This document shows, piece after piece, positions 37,301 to 44,507 of a stretch of 64,000 bases of DNA. Both the position numbers and the translations under genes were made by a program. Below the pieces are notes generated by a model. That model was not told the origin of the DNA and did no database searches. It saw only the letters and a list, made by a program, of their open reading frames with translations. Numbering within the stretch: position 1 is the stretch's first letter; each line of letters opens with the position of its first letter. This DNA comes from a virus. The stretch lies in the IMG/VR virus record IMGVR_UViG_3300005613_000020, positions 32,885 to 96,884 of that record, one strand, 5' to 3'.

Positions 37301-38023
37301 TGCTTTATCTTTACCGTATATTTCAAATAATGATTTTCCCTTTCTTATATTTGCTGTTATTTTGCTGGGATTTTCTCCTCCTTCTTTATTATCCCACCAA
37401 GGTGTGTGTCCTATAGCATATTCTCTACTCATCTTTAAAATAACATCATTTTGTCTTATATCTTTAGCGTATATCCATCCCCTTTTAGTCAATACCCTAT
37501 GCCTATCGCTAATCCTAATAGTTTCTCCATTATCTAGTTCTAATAAGTTAATGTCTGACACATACCTATATTTATATACATCAAGAACCTCGCATCTTCT
37601 TCCCTCAGAAGAAATGACAAAATCTCCTATTTTGATATCCCCTATTTCCTTATATTTATTATCAAAGCTTCTATCTCCGCGTACTTTAATTTTGGTTTCT
37701 GGGGCAAGGCAATGCATTACAATACCATTTCTAGTTCTGAAGTTCTTCATGAACTTAGAAAACGCTTCCTTCAAAGCGTCTGTTGTAATCAAATGACCTT
37801 GCTTGTCAATAACTTCAACTGAAGCATATCCACCTACGATTAGTGGCTCTCCCTCAAATCCTCTCTCTTTAGCCATATCTAAATACTTTTTGTTGTTAAA
37901 GTATCTATTCAATGTCAATAACTCAGCGTGGGAAATAATATCAACATCAGGAGCAAGCTTTTGTGCTTCGTATAGTGCTAGATATTCTTCAATGTGTTTT
38001 CCTATATCTTTCTTCTCTGCCAT
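34325..38023 (-). CDS. HK97-family prohead protease polyprotein: protease (intein-split), NTase-like, class I SAM MTase, PPGPPP module, ParB/Srx-like, Zn finger
   Basis: GYASVEVIDKQG, VMH, SYSIAG, LSEISFV..PAN; VG...DILIR; VLELGCGNG, GVDID, HVLEH; PPIV...IVDGHNR; CMHC...FCDKH. Start taken at MAEKK. Confidence 0.85.
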   Translation of the reverse strand: MAEKKDIGKHIEEYLALYEAQKLAPDVDIISHAELLTLNRYFNNKKYLDMAKERGFEGEPLIVGGYASVEVIDKQGHLITTDALKEAFSKFMKNFRTRNGIVMHCLAPETKIKVRGDRSFDNKYKEIGDIKIGDFVISSEGRRCEVLDVYKYRYVSDINLLELDNGETIRISDRHRVLTKRGWIYAKDIRQNDVILKMSREYAIGHTPWWDNKEGGENPSKITANIRKGKSLFEIYGKDKALQIKNRLSFSVSGIKNPRYKGPKVLVCKYCRKEFQISRKRSYQVFCSKECRSLAFSGKNNPSYIDGHSIDFTYIGFTEEVKKETRNRDNNRCMICGASNNSVDSSLYVHHIDYDKENSTSSNLITLCDKCHGKTNFNRDKWKAYLTELLLSKDSLQVSNGTKILSVRKNHYDGYVYDLNVDKDHTYCGKGIVFHNSDAQVGWIIPLFINKEGNIYRSGISDKGLFVVSEINSSGRIPEKVREEIKNGSIRSYSIAGIATEKEDVKKAGGGSYLKVTALELSEISFVQNPANQKAHFNLIKGDKAEEEEKVTDLEIISLDDAVNVFPKKTLELSDCTVSMVGDMIEKGKNGKIDILIRSDDKSWLSEAVKVRLAREISPEQKNRLNYISSLDKNKEHIPLYKLELVPCEKFGMLKQVNGEEVIQKVDRGYGSTTEPLIIDMAELMKSIVGDKVLELGCGNGSLLQILRNSHYWVRGVDIDEMVTKDVEEDGIVVDHCDISKGLPYEDDEFDTIISMHVLEHIEDIQKALDESERVAGQNVAHIVPLGKRLQGDHRHHWDSIVDLAAEFPGWNVRKIQGSDNNAIIYKGDRKERSKTYLDIVKGDLRLKKLQTDFVGPALPTPEKSQEEEIEKIELVPEEYELERKQDEEGLDKPTPDTDREKIIKSPEYVPTTSEEEDLVVRAGPPGPPPRTGLEWKEETRRWIRPKKRNVEYNRGEITRSPDRKTYISRGEVRENYVNPNNLVFRESDQHNLEFVEESWPDAEDMPPIVGYVGDNEINIVDGHNRALHAKNKGKNVDIVYIDKETFDKLISMGFDDMEIAYAVLKESNNHDQADDLAEQFRGARIREEGVKAWNALAEIQEESEDEDLEKQYSRSKCMHCDEPPTKELLWADGRGRAWFCDKHAEEFKEGDNDVVATHKVKDGEVPKKWGDKVEKDATASTTRPQIDDILREEDETGKDLDLPPIHVEIPDDLDLEEIGNTISEEIKKKLS
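36716..37711 (-). mobile_element. Intein (332 aa) with HNH endonuclease in prohead protease
   Basis: CLAPET...HRVLT...VYDLNV...FHN|S; internal RDNNRCMICG, VHHIDYDK, LITLCDKCH. Confidence 0.92.
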
Positions 38024-38025
38024 GA

Positions 38026-38256
38026 CTACAACTCCAATTCCCGAAGGTCTAACCAATATAGGTCTTTAATCATATCCCAGCGGGTTCCTTTCAATTCCTC
38101 TCCCTTATGATACGGGAATACCGGCATTCCGCTACTAGTAGCTAGAATTACTCCGTTAACTCTAACAGAATTAAATGGATCTTCAACTTTTTCATAGTAA
38201 TTCCAGTCCAAGACTAGAAAATCAACCTCTCCGTTTTCCTTACTCCTATAACGCAT
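38026..38256 (-). CDS. Hypothetical protein
   Basis: Coupled TAATG start. Confidence 0.6.
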   Translation of the reverse strand: MRYRSKENGEVDFLVLDWNYYEKVEDPFNSVRVNGVILATSSGMPVFPYHKGEELKGTRWDMIKDLYWLDLRELEL

Positions 38257-38696
38257 TAAAGCATCTCAAAATCATCGTCTGATTTTATAGTTGAAAAAAA
38301 TCCTCTTGACTCTCTCCTTACATCTGATTCATCTTCCATACCAGAAAGAGTATTCAATTCCTTTGTTATGTATCCTATATCGCATGATCCGAATATCGTC
38401 TGTGCGTAACTAGGAGTTCTATGTATAGCAGCTGCAACAGCATCAATTGCTAAAGCCTGATCTACCCTACTTTTTGCTATTGCAAATTGATTTTCAAACT
38501 GAGTTCCTTCTACATTCTTCTTTAGCATTGTAAACGCTCTTTCTACTTGATCATCAGAAGCTCTGTTATTGGCTATGTCCTTATAAATAGCCAAAAAAGC
38601 AGAAGCAGACATACCATCATTTCCAGACCGTGGCCTTCTAACTACTTCTGGATTCCATTTCTTTAAATCGTCTAATGCTCCCATTATTTCCTCCAA
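38256..38696 (-). CDS. Hypothetical protein (head module)
   Basis: GGAGG SD suggests start at MGALD. Confidence 0.65.
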   Translation of the reverse strand: MEEIMGALDDLKKWNPEVVRRPRSGNDGMSASAFLAIYKDIANNRASDDQVERAFTMLKKNVEGTQFENQFAIAKSRVDQALAIDAVAAAIHRTPSYAQTIFGSCDIGYITKELNTLSGMEDESDVRRESRGFFSTIKSDDDFEML

Positions 38697-38706
38697 CCTA
38701 TGATGA

Positions 38707-38729
38707 GGAGAGGGTTTTACACCCTCTCC
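38707..38729 (-). terminator. GC-rich hairpin
   Basis: GGAGAGGGT-5nt-ACCCTCTCC. Confidence 0.5.
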
Positions 38730-38747
38730 CCATTCCTTAAGGATTTA

Positions 38748-38954
38748 TTAGTTTTCCTCTTCTCGTAGCTCTGCTAATCTACGGCATATCAAATTTCTTG
38801 CATCATAGATATCCTGCTCTACGATCTTTTTGAAGCTTTCTCGCTGTGTTTCCTCTGAAAAAGCAGCTTCAATCTTAGTAAGTACTTTTCCAACTAAATG
38901 TGATACTTCTTCCCAAACAATTTCCTGCCATTCTGGTATTCTTGGTTCAGACAT
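38748..38954 (-). CDS. Small helical hypothetical protein
   Basis: GGAGGGAGG SD. Confidence 0.7.
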   Translation of the reverse strand: MSEPRIPEWQEIVWEEVSHLVGKVLTKIEAAFSEETQRESFKKIVEQDIYDARNLICRRLAELREEEN

Positions 38955-38967
38955 ACCTCCCTCCTTA

Positions 38968-40929
38968 TTACTCTTCTTCCGGTACGCCTCCGTACTGATT
39001 AAATAACTCTGATGGAACTGCTAGTGCGTCGTCATCGTCTTCTTTGACGAGTTCGAACATCGACCTTTTCTGTCTCTTATTACGTCTCTTTTGTCCAGCC
39101 TCATATGAATCATTTGAGTCATAAAGGAATTGGAACTCTTGCTCATCTAGAAACCTATAAATTCTAGGAATAGGAACAAAAAATCCCATCCAAGTTACAA
39201 CGTCTGTTCCAAACCCAAGCTGCTTAACTGTTACTCTTGCTGGAACACCAATAAATTTACCACCTTCCTTAGTATAAACAGATCCACCTGAATTATGTAC
39301 CAACACGCCATCAGCAAAGAAGTTATGAACTCCTTCTATTTCTAGATCATATACATATTCCTCCTCGCATTCTTCCACACTGTTAACCTTCTTATACACT
39401 AAATCCGCTGGCAAACCTGAGTGGTCTCCTCCTACATAGCAATTCTTGCTTTTAGTCTTATTAGGATAAGCAGAAAATGCATATGTAGTTGTATTGTAGC
39501 TGCACCCATTCACCTCGACATCCCTAGTTCTAGTACTAATATTTGATACATCCACTCCAAGATGTATAAACAACATTCTTATCTTTTTGATCATTGTGTC
39601 GTTTACAGCCTCAAAAACCATATCTTGATTCTTGTTCAAGTGACCATCAGCTGTCAAATAGCCATCAATAAATTCCCGCATATCGTTATCAGGCAAAGAC
39701 ATCACCCAGTCTGGAATATCCTTTGTTCTGGAAGCTCCTGTAAGACCAGCCTCTACCAATATTTCGTAGGCATCCTTTCTGTATATTGATAGAGTTCCTC
39801 CCTTTTCCGAAGCACTATTAAATGAGGGCTTGTAACCAAATACATTCTCGAAAATGCTCTCTAATCTACTTCTTGGATCATCGCTATAACATGCCACAGA
39901 AATTTCATATCCATCACCGTCTCTATTCCTAGACCAACCATCCCCAAGATAATACCCACAAAACCATATGAAATCTTTTATATTATCGTTGTCTTGTGTT
40001 CCGAGAAGCTGGAATAGATTTATCCCTTTCCTAGTTGTTCTTTCTGGTAGCCTGTCCAAGCAAGCTATGGTATCTCCGTTAACAATCTCATTGGCTGGAA
40101 CCCATTTTACTACATTGTGTTTTTTACCAGACCAATCACTAAAAGACTCTACTTTTGCTAGTGGGTGATTTTCAGAACATCTTATAGTTCTTCCCATCGT
40201 CTTTATATCCAAAATCTTCTTCTTGCCCGAGTTTATTGCGCGTTTTACTGTGTGTTTGCTCATCCCAGCACTATGTCCGTATGACCAAACGGTATCCCCT
40301 TCTACCACTTCGTCTATTCGCTTAACCCTACCATCTGCCATAGAAACAAGGGATTCTCCTGGCAAACAATTACCAAAGATCATGGAAGCATTACACATCC
40401 AATATATTTCTTCTTCAATGTATTCCTGCAAATACGTTACATGCCCAGGATTAGCAAATGGTTCATGGAGTAGTGATGCTCCGCATGTGAATATTTCAGT
40501 AAACATCTTAATCTCGTCTTCTGCATCCTTCGGCCACAAATCAGCCACATAAGGATACTTTCTAGGGGTATCGAGCTTAAGTAAAGCCAAATCATGATTC
40601 TTATCATAAGCAATAATATCAGCCATGTGGGTATTGGTTGAAACAACTCTACTAAGATCAATGTAATCAAAAATATCAACACTGACCCTAGATTTTACTT
40701 CTTTCTTGACCTTCTTCTTTATAATTGAATCCCAATCCTCAACCGCCTTTACAGCATCTGCAATAACGTGATGGTTGGTAAGAACAAAAGTCTGGTATTC
40801 ATTTGGGTCTCCTGGATCCTTTGACTTTCTAGCTTCTGAATAAATAATAGTACCACTTCCTCCAGAACTTTCTAGCCTTACTCTACATGTGGGGTACAAA
40901 ACCTTCTCGTGCAATTCCTTCAAATCCAT
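38968..40929 (-). CDS. Trypsin-like (S1) serine protease interrupted by an intein
   Basis: GSGTII, LTNHHVI (His), HDLALL (Asp), GN|SGG (Ser) after splicing. Confidence 0.9.
   Translation of the reverse strand: MDLKELHEKVLYPTCRVRLESSGGSGTIIYSEARKSKDPGDPNEYQTFVLTNHHVIADAVKAVEDWDSIIKKKVKKEVKSRVSVDIFDYIDLSRVVSTNTHMADIIAYDKNHDLALLKLDTPRKYPYVADLWPKDAEDEIKMFTEIFTCGASLLHEPFANPGHVTYLQEYIEEEIYWMCNASMIFGNCLPGESLVSMADGRVKRIDEVVEGDTVWSYGHSAGMSKHTVKRAINSGKKKILDIKTMGRTIRCSENHPLAKVESFSDWSGKKHNVVKWVPANEIVNGDTIACLDRLPERTTRKGINLFQLLGTQDNDNIKDFIWFCGYYLGDGWSRNRDGDGYEISVACYSDDPRSRLESIFENVFGYKPSFNSASEKGGTLSIYRKDAYEILVEAGLTGASRTKDIPDWVMSLPDNDMREFIDGYLTADGHLNKNQDMVFEAVNDTMIKKIRMLFIHLGVDVSNISTRTRDVEVNGCSYNTTTYAFSAYPNKTKSKNCYVGGDHSGLPADLVYKKVNSVEECEEEYVYDLEIEGVHNFFADGVLVHNSGGSVYTKEGGKFIGVPARVTVKQLGFGTDVVTWMGFFVPIPRIYRFLDEQEFQFLYDSNDSYEAGQKRRNKRQKRSMFELVKEDDDDALAVPSELFNQYGGVPEEE
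39292..40368 (-). mobile_element. Intein (359 aa) with LAGLIDADG endonuclease
   Basis: CLPGES...SENHP...VYDLEI...VHN|S; GYYLGDG and FIDGYLTADG. Confidence 0.95.
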
Positions 40930-40974
40930 ACTTTTACCTCCTCTTTCTTTTTCTATTTTTTGACTGCATTTCTG

Positions 40975-41199
40975 CTAATCTACCCACTCATCATTTACTT
41001 TGTCCCAATATCGAAACTTTCTAGTTTCCTTGTTACTTTCTATAGCCTCTTCTAAATCAGTACCGTATTCTGCTATTTGAGAAAGAATATTATGACAAGT
41101 TGCTTCAATAGCTTCTAGATTTTTATAGCTATCTATAGCACCCATACTCAGAGCATCTACTACTCTTTTTCCCTCTTCCAAAAACGGCTTTACATTCAC
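40975..41199 (-). CDS. Hypothetical protein
   Basis: Coupled GTGA overlap. Confidence 0.6.
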   Translation of the reverse strand: MNVKPFLEEGKRVVDALSMGAIDSYKNLEAIEATCHNILSQIAEYGTDLEEAIESNKETRKFRYWDKVNDEWVD

Positions 41200-41792
41200 T
41201 TCTGTACCCCTTTTATCCTCTTTAGATAAAACGATATGTCTTCTGTTAGATGGACTATCTCTTGCTTAGTTGCTTCAAGTAAGAACGGTCTTGCTCTCAA
41301 CTTAGGCCACTTGCTTATTACTCTGTATATTCCCTTTCTTGCATCAATTGGAACTAATCTTCTATCTTTATATTGCCTCTTATGCGCCCTTACCGTGATA
41401 TACTTTGTAGTCCTTTTCCTCCCGACAAACTTATATGGATTAAGTTGTTCCCCCTTATGCGTTCCTAGTGAAGATCCCCCAAGTCTTTCTGTGGAACTAA
41501 TCTCATTCGCAACTCCGGTTACTTTTCTTTTGTGTTGGCTTATATATACTGTCTGAGTCCCATCTATCGCCTTTTCTTCAGAACCATTGTGTACTCTAGA
41601 CGAATAATTTGCTCTATAAGATATCCTAGTTCCTTTGCTTAGATCCTCTTTTACACCCGTGTTCTTAAGATATCCGGTTCTAACCGGACACTTGATTTGA
41701 CTAGTCGCGAATATTCGATCCCCGTTTCTCTGTATCCCTTTCACAATCGCATTTAGGATATTCTTTTTCAATTCCTTCTGTGTTTTCGCCAT
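41196..41792 (-). CDS. HK97 gp10-like neck/tail-completion protein
   Basis: CPVRTGYLK, YSSRVHNG, RPFL motifs. Confidence 0.75.
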   Translation of the reverse strand: MAKTQKELKKNILNAIVKGIQRNGDRIFATSQIKCPVRTGYLKNTGVKEDLSKGTRISYRANYSSRVHNGSEEKAIDGTQTVYISQHKRKVTGVANEISSTERLGGSSLGTHKGEQLNPYKFVGRKRTTKYITVRAHKRQYKDRRLVPIDARKGIYRVISKWPKLRARPFLLEATKQEIVHLTEDISFYLKRIKGVQK

Positions 41793-42093
41793 CTCGTAAC
41801 CACCCTACTACCTGATCAAATACCCCTGCTCGTTTGATAAATGCTAGCGTTAATTCACTGCATACCCGGCAATCAGTTTCCGATATCTGTTCGTCAGAAA
41901 ATAAATAACTTCCCTTGTGAAATGCTTCATGAAGCACGTTTACAATTAAGTCATCGTTAGTTCCTTTACCATCTACATAAATCTTATTCATGGTAGGCGG
42001 AGCTTGCCCTTGCAAACCATGCCTTTCCATAATATCGTAGTCAAGAATTATCTCTACTTCTCTACCACCAAACGGAAAATATTTCCTTGGCAT
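41701..42093 (-). CDS. HExxH zincin-like metallopeptidase
   Basis: VLHEAFH...E motif. Confidence 0.65.
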   Translation of the reverse strand: MPRKYFPFGGREVEIILDYDIMERHGLQGQAPPTMNKIYVDGKGTNDDLIVNVLHEAFHKGSYLFSDEQISETDCRVCSELTLAFIKRAGVFDQVVGWLRDGENTEGIEKEYPKCDCERDTEKRGSNIRD

Positions 42094-42114
42094 AATTGTA
42101 CTCCTATTCTGATC

Positions 42115-43215
42115 TTATGTCCAACCGTTACGTTGGGATATGACCTCTGGATTATACTTCTGTGCTGGAAGTACATACTCCCTACTATTTTCTATATCTG
42201 ACTTTCCACCCGACTGAATCACAACTCCATATCCTGCTACCTGTGGCCTACCATATGCCTTCTCAACAGGATACGATAGAGGCTTACATAGACAACCTGT
42301 TTCCATTATCTTACATGTTCCAGCTCTTTCATAACTCACGTTAACTTGATGGGTATGCCCCTGAGCAATTATATTAAAGTCATTCAGTCCTAAAGCATAC
42401 TTCCAATCAGTGAAAAATGCAAACGCCTTTGTAACACTTCCTGATCTAGTAAGATATGCATTAGAGACTCTTTCACAATGACAAAATATTGCATCATTAA
42501 TCTGTACAAACCATTGATCAACAGGGATAATATTAGGGAAAGGTCTACTCAAAACTCTATTGATGTCTGAATTTACTAGGAATCTAAGTGACTCATGTAT
42601 GTCCGATGCTTTCTTACTTACCCTATTACTGTGATTTGTATTCAACAGAATTATTACGGAATTAGGAAATTTCTCCGATAAATATTCATACAATCTAACA
42701 GTCCTGTCAAGCTCTATCTCAAACGGGATATTCTCAGACTTAGTAAATCTAGATAAAGCATAGCAATCCATAACTTCGTCCATTACTATTACATCAGCTG
42801 TAAGGTTCCTATTAACTGCGGTTTGAATGAAATCCTGGTTCTCGAACGGTATATGAAAATCCCCAACCTTAAGTATCTTTATTGGATCATCAGTCTCGTA
42901 TTTGACTCCCTCTAGATCAATTACTTTTGGCTCTGCAATCTTTCGATCCTCAAAATACTCTATGTATTTAGTGTAGTATGGCAAGTATAGAGGAATAGGT
43001 TTTTCAGATTCTAATGACTCTAAGTTTACCCCTCCTCCCATAAGCTTTCCATGCACTTGATTTCTTGAGACTACTACTCCTCTCTCCTCCGACAAAATAC
43101 CAGCTATTTCAGCTTCGGTATGCTTTTCAGGGGCCGTTTTTAGCTCAATCAGTCGTCTTGTCAAGGCATCATCCCATATCATATATTTCCTCCCTATTAG
43201 TAAAAGTTGGCACAA
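42115..43215 (-). CDS. Calcineurin-like metallophosphoesterase with N-terminal HTH-like region
   Basis: GDFHIPF, NH, CH, GHTH, GCLC; start probably MIWDD. Confidence 0.8.
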   Translation of the reverse strand: MCQLLLIGRKYMIWDDALTRRLIELKTAPEKHTEAEIAGILSEERGVVVSRNQVHGKLMGGGVNLESLESEKPIPLYLPYYTKYIEYFEDRKIAEPKVIDLEGVKYETDDPIKILKVGDFHIPFENQDFIQTAVNRNLTADVIVMDEVMDCYALSRFTKSENIPFEIELDRTVRLYEYLSEKFPNSVIILLNTNHSNRVSKKASDIHESLRFLVNSDINRVLSRPFPNIIPVDQWFVQINDAIFCHCERVSNAYLTRSGSVTKAFAFFTDWKYALGLNDFNIIAQGHTHQVNVSYERAGTCKIMETGCLCKPLSYPVEKAYGRPQVAGYGVVIQSGGKSDIENSREYVLPAQKYNPEVISQRNGWT

Positions 43216-43385
43216 GACCTGTACTCAACTTCGTCTACCATCCACTTATGTCCTACTTTTAATCCTTTACGACAGCCTTCAAATGCGCAAAACTGGCAAC
43301 ATTCAGGCCATGAGTAGTAGGTAATAGTCTCCTGTGGTATGTCTTCGATAGTCTTTTCTTTATCTCGGGACTTACTAGAAATCAC
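43197..43385 (-). CDS. Small Cys-rich protein
   Basis: CCQFC...C...C; GAGGAG SD after promoter motif. Confidence 0.55.
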   Translation of the reverse strand: MISSKSRDKEKTIEDIPQETITYYSWPECCQFCAFEGCRKGLKVGHKWMVDEVEYRSCANFY

Positions 43386-43409
43386 TTTTCTCTAATCTCC
43401 TCTCCTACT

Positions 43410-43433
43410 TATATTATAGTCAATCCTACAAAA
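43410..43433 (-). promoter_or_regulatory. Phage promoter motif copy 3
   Basis: TTTTGTA GGATTGAC TATAAT ATA. Confidence 0.7.
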
Positions 43434-43448
43434 AAACGTAATTCATGG

Positions 43449-44507
43449 TTACGTAAAACCTAAGTCAGTTGTATGTATGAAAGAATTATCCCCTGCAAAT
43501 CTGTTTCCCTTCCACTCGTTATCAATTGGCCTTCTCGCCAAAGAGCATCTTTGATTGTAAAAGTCTAAATAAATCTTTCCTTCTATATTCTGCCCTTGTC
43601 GCTCCCACAAAAAGACAGCTTCATCGTATGTATAGGGTCCATTCAATACCCTCCACTTACTAATAGGCTTTGATCTATCGTCCATGGGATTTATCCATAG
43701 GTATTCATAGTAGTATTTGTCTGGGTCTTTACTCCATCCTAACAATCTTCCAATGCCAGAAACTCCAGCTACCTCTGTTCTTACTATCCTCTCCAACTTG
43801 TATCGTTCTGTCTCTACTAATTCTGACATTCTATTTCTAAGCTCTGGTACGCTGTATGCTCCTTCTGGGCCAAAAGATTCCGCTATTATGCCCCGGAATT
43901 GATCTACTAGCTCTGACCCAAACGTTGTTATACTAGCTCCAATTCTGTTAGGGTTTCTTGCTATCCACTCAAGGGCAAGTTTATCTGCTACCTTCATTGC
44001 TGTCTTAACTCCAGATGCGGCTGTACCAGCTATGAACCCTTGTTCATGTAGTTGTCGAAATACTCCATCCAACTTCTCTTGTTGCTTTTTTGTCCAGTCT
44101 CTTACCAGATCCTCCACTCCTGCGATGATTTGAGTCTGTGTCATACCAGGATTAAGATTGTCTAGATACTTGGTAACTACCTTTTCTAGACCTTTGTATA
44201 GATCGGATTCTATTTGTGATCCTAGTTGTTTTGACTTCTTGGGATGTTTTCCAGGAATCTTGAGACCCTTGATCTTGAATCCCTTTTGAATTTCTTCCTC
44301 AATCCATTTGTAGATCTCTTCAGAATAAGGATCAACGATTGGGTCTATCAGGCCATCTCGATTGTTTTTGTACTCGCGAGATTTCTTTATGCACTTCTTA
44401 GTAGACAACAACCAGTTTTTTAACTCACGTAATTTACCTAATCCTTTTCGTTTTCCGTGAGTAGGAGAGAATGTTGTACTAGTAGTCCCTAAATAGGACT
44501 TATTCAC
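43449..44507 (-). CDS. MuF/SPP1 gp7-like head morphogenesis protein
   Basis: After portal; LERIVRTE, DDRS, NQRC motifs. Confidence 0.8.
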   Translation of the reverse strand: MNKSYLGTTSTTFSPTHGKRKGLGKLRELKNWLLSTKKCIKKSREYKNNRDGLIDPIVDPYSEEIYKWIEEEIQKGFKIKGLKIPGKHPKKSKQLGSQIESDLYKGLEKVVTKYLDNLNPGMTQTQIIAGVEDLVRDWTKKQQEKLDGVFRQLHEQGFIAGTAASGVKTAMKVADKLALEWIARNPNRIGASITTFGSELVDQFRGIIAESFGPEGAYSVPELRNRMSELVETERYKLERIVRTEVAGVSGIGRLLGWSKDPDKYYYEYLWINPMDDRSKPISKWRVLNGPYTYDEAVFLWERQGQNIEGKIYLDFYNQRCSLARRPIDNEWKGNRFAGDNSFIHTTDLGFT

